A stretch of 64,000 bases of DNA from Octopus bimaculoides (GCF_001194135.2 NC_068984.1:68547196-68611195), one strand, 5' to 3'. Numbered from the stretch's first letter, positions 12,090 to 25,706 are shown. Notes: generated by a model from the sequence alone, not told the origin. Made by a program: numbers and translations.

Positions 12090-12300
12090 ATTTCATCTTC
12101 TTTATGTGCCATGCCTAAACGTATAGGCAATCACGAACTTCCAGTTCCTCTTGTTCTGCATACAACTTAGTATGTTATTGGGTTGGCCATTCTGTAGCCA
12201 TGTGCAAAAGTCAACAACTACTTATATCACACTCTTCCCTGGCTTCTACTTTCAGTTTTTCAACACTCACTTATCATATGATGTCTAATGAACCTAACCT
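12090..12300 (-). mobile_element. Possible decayed RTE/BovB-like LINE 3' end
   Basis: Minus-strand fragments resemble GKIEG.R.RGR and A.DRELWRSMIA.V.RHGT* (seen as KTESRSQGR and EELEVRDCLYV*AWH), with a purine tail. Confidence 0.35.
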
Positions 12301-12508
12301 ATTGTATCCTTATATTAAGAATTTTCTGGTGTTTTCTGCTAATTTATTCTTGTGTCTTCAGCATTTTTTTAGGAATCACATCTTTGTAGCAGTGATAAAT
12401 GTTTGCCCTTGTTTGCTGATATTCCAAATGACACATCCATATTTAAGGATGGGTTCTATGTCTTTCTTTAGGACACTTTTCATCAATTGATATCTATTTA
12501 TTATTTAA

Positions 12509-12932
12509 CAGACATGGTTGTGTGGTAACAAGTTTGCTTTCCAACCACATGGTTCTAGATTCAGTCCCACTGCATGGCACTATAAGTGCCTTCTAAGATA
12601 GCTCCAGGCAGACCAAATCCTTGTGAGTGGATTTGGTAGATGGAAACTGAAGAAAGCCCATCATACATATGTGTGTGTGTTTGTGTGTGTATGCATGCGT
12701 ATGCATGTGTGTGTGTATCTGTCTGCTTTTGTGTTTGTCCCCTACCATTGCTTCAAAGCTGGTGCTGGTTTGTTTACATCCCCAAAACTTAGCAGTTCAG
12801 CTAAAGAGACAAGTAGAATAAGTACCTGACTTAAAAATAGTAAGTACTGGGATCAACCTTTTTTGATCAAACCCTTCAAGGCAGTGCCCCAGCATGGCCA
12901 CAATCCAATGTCTGAAGCAAGTAAAAGATATG
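12509..12932 (+). mobile_element. tRNA-head SINE (family B), full length
   Basis: Head GGTTGTGTGGTAACAAGTTTGCTTTCCAACCACATGGTTCTAGATTCAGTCCCACTG, internal (TG)n, tail GCAGTGCCCCAGCATGGCC..GAAGCAAGTAAAAGA. Confidence 0.85.
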
Positions 12933-13774
12933 AGATCAAAGATATGTTTGATCACATCAAAAGCAACTTTGATCAGGCCAACATAATTTTCCATAAAGAC
13001 TGAATGGTCTTCAATAAAAGAGTAATCAGATGATTCACTATGACTCATCAGTTGACAATCTCCATTTTTCACAGATCTATGCAACCATTTAGAGCAGGGC
13101 TATTAATGTAAACATAACAACAATTAGACGAACCTAAAAACAATGAAAAAGAAATTGAAATGTAAAACACTAACGTGATAACCATCGGGTGGTTGAGGGA
13201 CTTGCTAGAAAAAGCAGCAGGCAGATTTCACTCAACTCATTCTCTATCATCTTAAAAAATGGGAGAATATACATTATATAATGAATTCATAGATATCTCT
13301 AGGCAGGATGGCCATAGTTGGAATACTTTTGATCGAAGGTCTCTGTTTGACCAGCAAGAATAAACTACAATTTTACAACAACCACTGCCTGTAAAATATC
13401 TGCAGCAGGAATTGGTTCATCTGTGTCTCAATAAAAAGTTATGTATGGATAAAACATAAATAATCTGTAAGAAACACATTTGTGACATACCACATTGTGA
13501 CAAAGAGCTGATTTATGTATTTTGTGTCACTTACAGTGGACATTTGTCAGAGACATTTTGAAAAAGCTAATCCAAAATAATCCAAATTCTTTTTCTTTAT
13601 CGTTTGTGTTATTCTTTTGAACAGGGTAGAGTCTGTGTGAGTGACCAGGAAGATGTGTAAATGTGTGTGTGTGTATGTTTGAGTGTGCATGTATGTGTGT
13701 GTATGTGTGCATGTGTATGCTTGTGTGTATGTGTATGTTGTGCTGGCAAAGATATATTGTGTTACAGATAGCTA

Positions 13775-13990
13775 ATATCCTTCCTACTGAAGACACAAGG
13801 CCTGGAATTTTGGGGGATGGGACTACTTGATTGCATCGACCCTAGTGTTTGACTGGTACTTATTTTATTGATTCCAAAAAACTGAAAGGCAAAGCCGACT
13901 TTAGTGGAATTTGAACTCAGAATGTAAGGATGGATGAAATGCTGCTAAGCATTTTGCCTAGCGTATTAACGATTCTGCCAGCTTGCCACA
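13775..13990 (-). mobile_element. tRNA-head SINE (family A). Decayed or partial copies also at about 14150-14290, 17143-17275, 19140-19290, 20420-20550, 34330-34450, 49905-50020, 50740-50840
   Basis: Reverse complement of head GGCGGCGAGCTGGCAGAATCGTTAGCACG and core GACTTTGCCTTTCATCCTTTCGGGGTCGATAAAATAAGTACCAG. Confidence 0.85.
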
Positions 13991-14529
13991 TTACAGATAG
14001 CTTATATTGACTTGACAACAGTGTACTCCCATCAGTGAATTATTTCTTTTGACCTTGGTGCACCATGGTTGAGTGAGGAACGGGACTTAGAACTCTTCTG
14101 TACAATCTACCATACTTAGCCATTGCATTCAGGAAGAGAGCAACAGTTAATTAAATCAATATATGACTAACTTGATTGGTACTTTATTTTATTGTCCCTT
14201 GAATGATGAAACACAAAGCGAAGTTCAGCAAGATTTGAACCCAAGATGTACAAAATAATGATAAACATCACAAAGTATTTTGTCAATCACTCTAATAAGT
14301 TTACATAATTACTGTCTTAGTAAAAATGATTAATGTTAGAAATGAAACAAATTTAGATGGAAAAAATCTTAAAGTAAACACTTTAAATATAACAAAAAGA
14401 GTAAATGATTGTTGCATTTGTAGAAATAACCGCCAAATCAACCTCAAATTAAACTCTACTTGTCTTATGAAATGAGCACATTTGGCAATTTATTTGGTAG
14501 GTATAGTATGTTTGGATGGCACCCATGCT

Positions 14530-15850
14530 TCTTTGCGTGTTCATTGTAAGGAGACTGCAAGAGAAATACTGAGATAAGGAGAAAGAGTTGTACATGTGTT
14601 TCATTGATCTGGAGAAGGCATTTGATAGGGTTCCAAGAAAGGTGATTGAGTGAGCATTGAGGAAGGCAGGTGTACTAGAGGTAATAGTGAGGGCAGTGAT
14701 GAGTTTGTATGAAAGGGTAAAGACAAGAGTTAGAATTGGATCAGAGCTGTCGGAGGACTTTGTGGTGAAAGTTGGTGTGCACCAGGGATCTGTGTTGTCA
14801 CCGTTGTTGTTTGCAATAGTGGTGATGGAGAGTGCAAGAGAGGGATTGATAATGGAGGTACTGTATGCCGATGACTTTGTTTTGATGAGTGAGACAATGG
14901 AGGGATTGAGGGAGAAGTTTTGGAAATGGAAGGGGGCTTTTGAAAGCAAGGGTTTGAGGGTAAACCTCAAGAAGACAAAGGTGAGGGTGAGTGGGGTGGA
15001 AGGAGAAGTGTTAGTGAGTAAGGTAGATCCATCTGGTGTGTTTGGGAGGAGGGTAATGGCAAATGCAGTGCTGCTTGCAAAATGTAGGAAATGGTTTCAT
15101 GGTAGATGTTCGAAAATGAAGAAGGTGATCCCAAGACTGGCAAGAGATTTTATTTGTGGAAGATGTGGGAGAGGAGCTGGAGAGCTGGCAGAACCAATGG
15201 AAACACTATGTGATGAGCTGGTTTTGAGAAGTTTTTGTTATTTGGGAGATAGGGTGGATGTAAGTGGTGGATGTGAAGCAACTATGACAGCAAGAGCGAG
15301 ACTTGGCTGGGTGAAGTTCAGAGAATGTGGAGCATTGTTATATGGGAAAAGGTTCTCCTTGAAGATGAAAGGAAGGGTTTATCAGAGTTGTGTGAGATCT
15401 GCAATGCTGTATGGTAGTGAGATATGGTGTCTGAGGGAAAGCGAAATGACAATATTGAGAAGGACTGAGAGAGCAATGGTGAGAGCAATGTGTGGTGTGA
15501 AACTATTGGATAAAAGGAAGGTTGAGGACTTGATGAAGATGCTGTGGTTGGAGGAATTGGTGGAACAGCTGGCAAGGATAAATGAGGTGCAGTGGTATGA
15601 ACATCTGTTAAGGAGGCATGAGGATCATGTTCTGAGGAGAGTGCTTGAGTTTAAAGTGAATGATCTGCGAAAGCGAGGTTGACCAAAGAAAATGTGGAGG
15701 GGACAGATGGAGGAGGAGATTGGGAGGGTTGGCTTGAGGAGGAAGGATGCCGAAAACTGGGTGAGATGGTGTGAGATGGTTGCTGTAAGAGTGCAGTAGA
15801 TCCGACCACCCCTGTTAATGGGGACAAACCCAGATTTAAAATATTGGATA
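14530..15850 (+). mobile_element. 5'-truncated RTE-clade LINE, inactive RT ORF plus 3' end
   Basis: FIVRRLQEKY..CFIDLEKAFDRVPRKVIE*ALRK, GVHQGSVLSPLLF, VLYADDFVL, Cys-rich insert, YLGD, LYGSEIW. In-frame stops near 14650 and 15680. Confidence 0.95.
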
Positions 15851-16099
15851 TCGACATCGACTATGTCTGTAAAAGATAGTTGCATCCTTACAATGAAATT
15901 TTAAACTACAATGTTTCCTGCTGAGCAATTGAGGAAGACCCTACTTGGTTGCTCAGCATGTTAGAAATAGTAATCACATCGTGAAGATGAACTCTGCAGA
16001 CTTAAAATCATGGACATATTTGGCAACGTATTCCTAGATACACAATGTCTGCAAAAGACTGCTACAACTGTAAACATTATTGAACAAAAGCAAAAACCT

Positions 16100-16299
16100 T
16101 TAACCCTTTAGCATTCAGCTTCATCTGTCAAATGTAATGCTTACTCAAGCATTATTTTGTAACTTTGAGATTTTGATAATGCGACTATTTTTAGAATGGC
16201 ATTGTTGGTAGGTGTAAGAGGCAAGATCTGACTAGTTTGAATCTATAAGAGTGAAGATATTTTGGCCAGATATGGACAGTTTAAATGCTAATGGATTAA
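16100..16299 (+). mobile_element. TTAA-flanked MITE (family F, piggyBac-like ends)
   Basis: TTAA-CCCTTTAGCATT ... AATGCTAATGGA-TTAA: imperfect TIRs with TTAA at both ends; further copies at 8512-8740 and 18428-18530. Confidence 0.8.
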
Positions 16300-16387
16300 T
16301 GATTCAACTTGTTAGAAATAGTAAATCAAACATGGCTGTCTTAAGAATAAGTACATTTAGTAATGTAGTCCTAGCTACATTGTGTGT

Positions 16388-16443
<56 letters not shown>

Positions 16444-18271
16444 GCACATAGACATACATACACATGCAATGGGTTTCTTTTAGTTTCTCTCCACCAAATC
16501 CACACACAATTCTTTGGACAACATACTGGGATTCTGCTTATAGAACACCAATCTGCCACACCGCTCCACAAAAGGTATCTAAGCAAATTCAAGAGATATC
16601 TACAGCTTTAAAGTATATTATGTTGTCTTATGTTAATGCACTTATGTTTTTCTGAAATTTCTAAATGTCCACCATAAAATATTGTTAATAAGATTATGAA
16701 TTTTTTGCACTATTAACTTCACTTTAACGATGTAAAAGTCTTTTAATATTTACATATAGTTGTAAATATTAAAATGTCTATTCATCTATAAAAATGAGGT
16801 TAACAGTCCAAAAAAAAAAAAGAAATAATGCTTTACTGAATTCATTTTAAAGATGAAAGACAGCTATTATATCCAACAGGTCAAATTACTATAGGGAAGC
16901 TGGCACACTTGTTCAGCTCAGCTCATCTCTGTGTTAATTTACTGATTTAATGTGCAACTATTAGATGATGTTGTCTATACCTTGGTAAGTTCTGATTAAG
17001 CAGATGTACAACCAGAAATATTCCAGTCATGCCATCTTCATTTTTTTTTCTTTATATTTTGTCAGAGTGTTATCTAGAAATTGAGGATTCAATGTATCCT
17101 TTTTATAAGACAAATGGATATGATTTGTGAGAGACTTATTCTCCTGAGGTTGACTTGGCTTTTCATCTTTTCTAGGTTGCTAAAATAAGTACCAGCTGAG
17201 CACTGAGGCTGATGTAATTGATTAGTCCCCCTCCCTCAAATTTCAGGTCTTGTGTCTACAGTAGAAAGGATTCTTTTTTTAGAAGGGAAGGTGGGTGTGG
17301 CTAAATATAAGCTCCAGTACTGGCATGTCTTCACCAATTGGCAGAATTCATAGAACCATTGTTATGGAAGTTGAAATGCAGCAGCAAACAGCTTTTAGCC
17401 CAATAATCAGTTTCCTAAATGATATTAAGTGATAATGATTTGAACAAGATAAAAATGATAACACAGAAGTTATTAGTTATTTGTATAATGTTCTAAATAG
17501 GTGAAAGTTTCAATTTGAAAACATTTTTTCGTTTTTGAGGGAAAAGAAAATAAGATTTGATGATGTTCATGGCTTTCTAAAGACACAAACAATGTAAATG
17601 AAGGGTGATGAGTACAATCAAGAATTGAAACCGTTTGTGGCCACAAAATTATCTCACCAAGAGTCTACCTATAGTCACTAGCATTCAACATCAATACTAA
17701 AATACCTTAATGTTTTCCCCTCATCATGGACTATAAGCCTTAAAGAAAAGTTCTTTTTTTAAATATACATTGAAGATTATTTCAATGCATTGTTAGAATA
17801 TTTGTGAAAATATTATCTTAATAGTCCTGTCTAACAAGCATAAATTTCATGTTTTTGTATCAGCAACATCTAATTCTACACAAACAGCTATTTCTCTTTG
17901 TCTCCATTCAGTATTCTCACCATAAAAGAAGAAATCCTTCACAAAATTCCACAGCATGAAATAAATAACAATACTTTACTTTCAATGTTATCTGTGTAAT
18001 TTCAAACAAAAACTCTAAAACCTTTATATTCTAATATAATAACATCCAGACACATACGTTTTCATTATATAAGCATAATCACATTAAACTGAAAATGATT
18101 TTAAAAAAAAAAAAGAGAAGGAAAACAATGAGATGTACACCCACTCCTGTTAGTATACACTAGAGATGATTTAATTTTATATAATTGAAAAGTATGGTTT
18201 GCTGCTGTTTTCTCACCACTGAAGTTGAATTATTTACTACTTTACCAAAAAAATACAGTAGGTTGCATTGT

Positions 18272-18530
18272 TTAACCCATTTGTTACCATATTTCTATCA
18301 ACACATGATGACTTTGCTTATATTAATTTTGAAGATAATGAAGAATTTAGTAAAATAACTTTCTCATTATTATACTGGGGTCTAATTAGTATAAAATTTT
18401 GATGAAAGATTATAATTTCGATCACTTTAACCCATTAGCATTTAAACCAGTCATATCTGGTCCAAATATGTTACTTGTTTTATGATCTAACCAGCCAGAT
18501 TCAGCTTGTCATGCCTACCTTTAATTTAGT
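18272..18530. mobile_element. Truncated TTAA-CCC MITE (family G) abutting a partial family F MITE
   Basis: TTAACCCATTTGTTACCATATTTCT.. at 18272 and TTAACCCATTAGCATTTAAACC.. at 18428. Confidence 0.6.
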
Positions 18531-19601
18531 ACAAACATGGTTTATTCATATTGAATCTATTTTATTCCAGTGATGATATATTTCCCAGAAATCTGGTGTT
18601 GTTATTGCATGACTGATTCAATGTAGGATTTAACATGGCACATCATGCTAATAGAACATTAATTACAGAGCGTTCCCATTTCTTATAGTTGTATTCAACT
18701 GTTCAATTGTTCTTATTTATATATTATACTTATTTACATATGGCTTGATTGAACCACTGAAAAGTAACTCTCTTAGCCATAGATTCGGTTTGGATGGTGC
18801 ATGTTACAGAAGAAGTATCAAACCACTAGTCATTAATATATTATTTAAGAACATGTCTAACAGTTCAGGAATGGCAACTACCCATAAGAAATTATGGGTT
18901 TAAAATGGAAAATAGAGATGAGAACCTTAGAATAATGAGAGGAACTGTATTTTAAACAAATAATTTGAGAGAGTAATTGTAGCTTCCTATTTAAGTATGT
19001 TTATGATATCAGGGAAAAACTAGTGAAGCTGATAATATCATTGATAGGATTTCTCACGTTGAAACAAATAGTGATTTACATTAACATAATGATTTATCAC
19101 ATTGGTTCAATGGTTACAAATTTATAGAGAAACAGTATAATCGACTGAATCAACTTTGTTAGATTGCTGGGTCTTAATATATTGACTATAGAGAGATGCA
19201 AGCCAAAACCAGGCTCTCATGAGATTTGAATTCATAATGCAGAGAAATAAAACAAACAAGTATATGCCATTTAGTCCAATGCTCAGCTATATCTGCCAAT
19301 CCACATTATTAACATGAACATAGTAAAATAGACTGATCTAACTTTGGAGCTTGTTTCTTCCTCTGTTATATTAGATGTTATGTAGCAATAAATATGAAGA
19401 CTGTCAAATCGATAAATTCACACTATCATTTGGATTGAATTGGTTCAGCCATGCATTAAGGTTTCCATCTTCCATCCAGACTTGCTAATCAAGTAATGTG
19501 GTGGACTTCACAAGGATGAGAGAAATAAATGATGATCCAAAAGGCACTGACATTTGACCATCTAGTGGTTTTTGTTGTGAGTTTTTAAGAAATTAGAATG
19601 A

Positions 19602-19870
19602 TGTGAAAACTGGCTGTGAACATTAGCCAGTTCCTTGCAGAGACCAACATAAAATGTTCTAAGAGTAAATAATTCTTCACAATCTATATTCCCACATCTT
19701 TAAATAACGGTTGAGTTCCAAAATGGTATCAAAATGGTGTGAGAACTGACTGTGAACATTAATCTATTCCTTACAGAGAACAAAATAAGAACTTGTACGA
19801 GTAAATAATTCTCTGGAATTTAGAATCTAAGATATGTTCCCACATTCCAAAACAATGCTTGAGATCAAAA
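19602..19870. repeat. Degenerate two-copy tandem duplication, period 136 bp
   Basis: TGTGAAAACTGGCTGTGAACATTAGCCAGTTCCTTGCAGAG..GAGTAAATAATTCT versus TGTGAGAACTGACTGTGAACATTAATCTATTCCTTACAGAG..GAGTAAATAATTCT. Confidence 0.85.
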
Positions 19871-20619
19871 TTAGCATAATTTATTGAGATTAACAGTGAT
19901 GTATCACAGAAGACTGGAATTTAAATTTGCTATTACCAGCACTCATTTCTTGCAATAACTTCAATAGTAATTGAAGAGTAAAAAATTCAAGGATTTATTA
20001 TAATTATTTAGAACATTATGAAGACATTATAATTGAAAATACTAAGTACCAACTGTCTCAACAGTTTATTATTATTTTTTTTTTCTCAAGCATTGAACTT
20101 CATTATTCAATAGATCCTTCCCTTTTTTAAATGGTAGTGTAATTTGAGGGATATTTGGCTGCTACTTCTCATATAATGGCTACCTCAGCAACACATAAAT
20201 AAAAGCGTTTGATGAATACATTACTTTTATTCCTCTGAGATATTTTTATTTGTATTGCTTTTTATTTCTATATTTTCTATCAAAAATATTCTGGAACACA
20301 ACTGTCATTCTACTATTTGTATATTAAACTTTGAGTTCAATAATTAAGATATCTTATATGTATTATAGATTTTCCGTATTATATCATTAAAATAAAAATA
20401 AAAAAGACAGAGAAAATCTACCCCAGAAGGATGAAAGTTAAAGTTGAATCCAGCAAGATTTGAACTCAGAATACCAAAATGCTATCAGTCACATGCTTTT
20501 TACTGTCTGTCAATAGTGCTCTTTAACTCTAGTAAAACTCACCTTAAATTGATGAGAGTAAAAAGCCCCATGGACAGGATGAGTGTGTATTACACCTAAA
20601 TACTAAAAAGAACTGGGAC

Positions 20620-20785
20620 TTCCTTTTATCTTTAATCTTTTATTTCTTTCAATCCCTATACTTCTATTTCTTTAAGCCTGGTACTTATTCTATTGACCCC
20701 GTTTGTCAAACTGCTAAGTTATGTTTGTAAAGTGGTGATGGGGGACAAAAACAGACACAAAGATGCATACACACACAGGCACACA

Positions 20786-20819
<34 letters not shown>

Positions 20820-21290
20820 NNNNNNNNNNNNNNNNNNNNNNNNNNNNNNNNNNNNNNNNNNNNNNNNNNNNNNNNNNNNNNNNNNNNNNNNNNNNNNNNN
20901 NNNNNNNNNNNNNNNNNNNATATCTTTAATCTTTTATTTGTTTCAGTCATTAGACTGTGGCTATGCTGGAGTACTGCCTTGAAGAGTTTATAGTGAAATG
21001 TCTCAATCCCAGTATTTATTCTATCGAACTCTTCTGCCAAGCTGCTAAGTTACAGGGACATAAACACACCAACACTGGTTGTCAAATGATGAAATGGGGG
21101 ACACATACAAACATAGATATATACATATATACAATGAGCTTCTTTTAGTTTCCATCTACCAAATCCACTTACAAGGGTTTGGTTGGCCTCAGGCTATAGT
21201 AGAAGACACTTGACCAAGGTGCCACATAGTGGGACTGAACCCGAAACCATTTGGTTAGGAAGCAAGCTTCTTGCCACATACACACATACA
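20620..21290 (-). mobile_element. Family B SINE pieces on both sides of a gap
   Basis: Two 3' halves (20620-20800 and 20925-21110) and one head (21140-21290). Confidence 0.75.
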
Positions 21291-21342
21291 CACATACACA
21301 CATATATATACACACATACATACAAACATACATACATACAGA

Positions 21343-21478
21343 TCTTAGTAAGTAGGAAGGCAGACAAACCACAGATCCTTTCAGGATCCTGCTCAGTCTG
21401 TAGAAAAGGCTTCGGTAGAAACACTATAAGATGCACTTGGTGTAAGCTTTGGACACATAAGAGATGCAGCAATATTAT
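21343..21478 (+). mobile_element. Isolated RTE fragment (Cys-rich insert of RT)
   Basis: ILVSRKADKPQILSGSCSVCRKGFGRNTIRCTWCKLWTHKRCSNI; homologous to the minus-strand RTE at about 30540-30720. Confidence 0.85.
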
Positions 21479-22275
21479 TAATTTTATATATATATATAAA
21501 TATATATANNNNNNNNNNNNNNNNNNNNNNNNNNNNNNNNNNNNNNNNNNNNNNNNNNNNNNNNNNNNNNNNNNNNNNNNNNNNNNNNNNNNNNNNNNNN
21601 NNNNNNNNNNNNNNNNNNNNNNNNNNNNNNNNNNNNNNNNNNNNNNNNNNNNNNNNNNNNNNNNNNNNNNNNNNNNNNNNNNNNNNNNNNNNNNNNNNNN
21701 NNNNNNNNNNNNNNNNNNNNNNNNNNNNNNNNNNNNNNNNNNNNNNNNNNNNNNNNNNNNNNNNNNNNNNNNNNNNNNNNNNNNNNNNNNNNNNNNNNNN
21801 NNNNNNNNNNNNNNNNNNNNNNNNNNNNNNNNNNNNNNNNNNNNNNNNNNNNNNNNNNNNNNNNNNNNNNNNNNNNNNNNNNNNNNNNNNNNNNNNNNNN
21901 NNNNNNNNNNNNNNNNNNNNNNNNNNNNNNNNNNNNNNNNNNNNNNNNNNNNNNNNNNNNNNNNNNNNNNNNNNNNNNNNNNNNNNNNNNNNNNNNNNNN
22001 NNNNNNNNNNNNNNNNNNNNNNNNNNNNNNNNNNNNNNNNNNNNNNNNNNNNNNNNNNNNNNNNNNNNNNNNNNNNNNNNNNNNNNNNNNNNNNNNNNNN
22101 NNNNNNNNNNNNNNNNNNNNNNNNNNNNNNNNNNNNNNNNNNNNNNNNNNNNNNNNNNNNNNNNNNNNNNNNNNNNNNNNNNNNNNNNNNNNNNNNNNNN
22201 NNNNNNNNNNNNNNNNNNNNNNNNNNNNNNNNNNNNNNNNNNNNNNNNNNNNNNNNNNNNNNNNNNNNNNNNNNN

Positions 22276-22307
<32 letters not shown>

Positions 22308-22590
22308 CATATATATATATAAACATATACATACACACATACATACATGCATGCATGCATGCATACATATATACATACATACATAAAATAGGGACACAAA
22401 TGGGTTAAAGGTTCATTACAGTTGCTTCAGAAGCATTGTTTTATTATTTTTTATTAATGCATTATTTGGTTAAATCATAGAAAAAACATTTTCGTTAAGT
22501 AAGTTATAAACTTAAAGTTTGGTTTAGAGAAAATTATTGCAAGATGTGCTAGTTTTCTCTAAACAAAATTTTGAATTTAAAATTTCTAAC

Positions 22591-22669
22591 TCACCTGAAG
22601 AAAACGGTTTTTACAAGTTCTAATCAAATCATTCTTCTATAAGAAAGGCATCTGAAACAGCTGTAGTGA
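22591..22669 (+). ncRNA. Degenerate type I hammerhead ribozyme motif (PLE type)
   Basis: TCAC-CTGAAGA-[52 nt, poor stem II]-GAAAC-AGCT-GTA-GTGA: stem I TCAC/GTGA, intact core, palindromic loop III, GUA triplet. Confidence 0.55.
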
Positions 22670-23094
22670 AACTTTAACTCAGTCTTGTTCTTTTGTTATG
22701 CAAACATCATACCTGGAACCTTCCTTATGTTGAAGCTGCTTTGGATCATAAACCCACATGCCTGTGAGCATGGGTATATAGTTACAAGTATAGATATATT
22801 TATGTGTATGTGTATATTTGTGTGTACATTCACATGCAGGTGCATGTGTATGTCTGTATATTCATGGGTATATATTGATGTGCTTATACATGGTTTATAC
22901 ATGTATGTGCTGAGTTCAACACTTGCTTGGTTCCTGAATGTTACAAATAACTTGATTCAAATGAATCCTACAAATGATTAATTACACACACACACACACA
23001 CACATATACATATGTATATAAACATGTATATATGTATGTATGTATATACATACATGTGTGTATGTGTGTGTGTGTGCTGCACGTGTGTGTATAT

Positions 23095-23290
23095 TTTCAT
23101 GTCTGTGTTTGACACCCACCATCACTAAACAACCAGTGCAGGTGTGTTTATGCAGCAAAAGAGACTGACAAAGTAAGTACAGAGTTAAAAATAAAAGCAC
23201 TGGAGTTCAATTCCCTCAACTCAACTTCCTTAAAGTGGTGTCTCAGCAAGGCTGCAGTCTAATGTGTGAAACAATTATAAGATAAGATAA
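23095..23290 (+). mobile_element. Family B SINE, 3' half
   Basis: AAACAACCAGTGCAGGTGTGTTTATG..GTGGTGTCTCAGCAAGGCTGCAGTCTAATGTGTGAAAC. Confidence 0.65.
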
Positions 23291-24779
23291 AGAAATAAAA
23301 GATATGTGAAAGTTTAGCTCTGAGAGAAATATAAGAATGTAAAAACGTTCTTCTGCTTTTTTGTTCATATCAAAAAAGATTAGTAATGTACTTAGATACT
23401 TATATTCTTATACAAGCTAGGCTTTCTAATATTCAAATTTATTTCTATCTTTCTGATTCTCACCTTGTGCAATTTTAATGTGTTTCCCTTTTAATCATTT
23501 TTTTTCTATTTTTCCCGCTCTCACTTTTTATTTTTTTTATTTTTTCTGCCTTTCTAATACATCTTCTTGCACCCTTTTCAACTACTTCCTTTCTCCTCTT
23601 CCACTTCCTCTAAATTCCACTCTTCATTTCGTTTTCGATATGTGTATATTAAGGCATTATCTGTAATTGTCATGTTTGTTATAACAATTCATAACAAAAT
23701 CCTCATATTTATTTATGCTTAATAGATTCAATCCTTTTGATGTTTAGATGCATAGTACGTTTTTCTTAAAGAATTTCCCAATGTTCATCCTGGTCCAACA
23801 TCATTCAAAGACTGAAGCTAAGAAAGTCAGGGTTACAATTTATGAAATTTTATCTCCCTCTTCTGCAATCTCTCTTTCTCAAATACTCTATCTCTTTTTG
23901 TTTGTCTGTCTTTCTCTCACACTCAGACAGGCATACATATCACAATGAGAATCATCTTTAATTTTTGGGGGTCAGACGTGATTAAGCAGACCTGTGATCA
24001 AAGATATTCCAACCTCAAACATCCAGCCTTTTTTTTATTCTTTCTAGCATAGTGCCTTTACATTTATATTATCCAATGTGTCATTCTCCTTTTGAAGATG
24101 TGTTAGATTTGGTTAACATTTCTTGCATAGAGAATGGCTACGTATCTGCTTCACCACTGGCTAGTATATGCTAATAGTGCTTATAAGTGATAATGCTAGA
24201 TTGCTATCGATATCTGTGCTTTATATAATTTGCTTCACACAGATTTAAATTGTTTACATGACTACAATAGAAGAAATAGAAGGTGACTACGTATTTTTAT
24301 TCAAGATCAAATAGCAAGAGCTCTTAAGTGATGGCTTTAAATGGAATATTTGAGAATCTTTAACAGATATTTGTAAGGATGTCAACAGGTTGACATGAGT
24401 TGAAAATTGTGTATGATGGACAGATAACATAATTTATTACAAATATCAAATTTCTTTAACCCGATTAAAGAGAAATCTGATCTGATAATCAACTGTCAAA
24501 TAGATTTTAAAAGCGTAATGATGGCTTCTACAGAATGTCAAAGGAAATAAAATTCTCTGCAGGTTGGGGTATGTTTTAAATAGAGGCTCCCCAACGACTA
24601 TATAACTGATAGCTTTTCTTTCTTATTACTGTTACCAACTATAAATTCAAGAGAATTTGTGACGGTTTGTTTTGTAGCAAGATCTAGAATCACAATTTTA
24701 GAACTTCAGTAAGAAGGTCCAGATTACACTTAGGTCAGGTAACATATCCTGGATATTAACCAATCAGCTTGCTGGAATG

Positions 24780-24950
24780 CCACCCCATACCATAGAATGT
24801 TTGATGAGGTTCCTCTGTTATGGGGTTTATAAAAGTGAAGTCATGCCAAAATTGGTGCTGAGGTTTGTGCAGATTTTGGAATAGATAGATGAACACAAGA
24901 TTCTTGATCCCTATGCAGCCTGCGTTTAAAAGAATCCCTTCCTTACTGCA
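24780..24950 (+). mobile_element. Possible decayed CR1/L2-like LINE fragment
   Basis: GVYKSEVMPKL.. resembles LYK.QVRPK.EYC; very degraded. Confidence 0.25.
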
Positions 24951-25572
24951 CTTTTCCAAACATGTATCATGAACTCAACATCTTCACTTCTTACTACATA
25001 AATAAGTAGCCAGTCATAAACACCTTGAAGCACAAACAACAAGCCCTTTACATCAACAAACTTTCCTAGAATATCCAAAATATTATTTCTACCTCTCATA
25101 TAAAACTAATATCTTCTGTTAGAAATATAATAACAAACTACATTCATCTTTAGCACAACATTTTATACTATTGGCAAGCCACAATTAAATATGTAAATAT
25201 TGTAATAAACATGAAGAATAAGTATTTTTTCAACAATGTTTAGTGGTGGTTTATTTTGGGACAACACAGCTAAACTTAGACAGCTTCAACAAAAAGTTAT
25301 TCAGTAAAGTTTGAAAATTGGATAAACCATTCATCAGAAAGGGAAACTATTCTGTGATATTTTCTAAGTGGCAAATATGCAAAGTTATTATAGCTTAAAG
25401 CAAAATGTCTAGCAGTATTTGGTCTGGTTTATAATTACGTGTGCAAATATGTTAAGATAAACTTTCCTGTCGTCCTTTTGGCAGTTGCCAAAATTAAATA
25501 CCAGTCCAGACAAGTAGACTGATGGAATTTTTAGACCACTGGATGAGATGTCTTGCAATATTTGTTCCAACT

Positions 25573-25698
25573 AAGGCGGCGAGCTGGCAGAAATGTTAGC
25601 ATGCCGGGTGAAGTGCTTAGTAGTATTTCAGCTGTCTTTATGCTCTGAGTTCAAATTCTGCCAAGATCGACTGTGCCTTTCATCCTTTCGGGGTCAAT
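25573..25698 (+). mobile_element. Family A SINE, 3'-truncated
   Basis: AAGGCGGCGAGCTGGCAGAAATGTTAGCATGCCGGG..CCTTTCATCCTTTCGGGGTCAAT. Confidence 0.85.
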
Positions 25699-25706
25699 AC
25701 TCCAAT

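Noticed and set aside
22595-22758. Two minus-strand exon-like cassettes (42 nt KNDLIRTCKNRFLQ; 49 nt ending CAG|GTATGA)
   Set aside because: Their phases are incompatible (joining gives stops), and the 42-nt one overlaps the antisense of the hammerhead motif.
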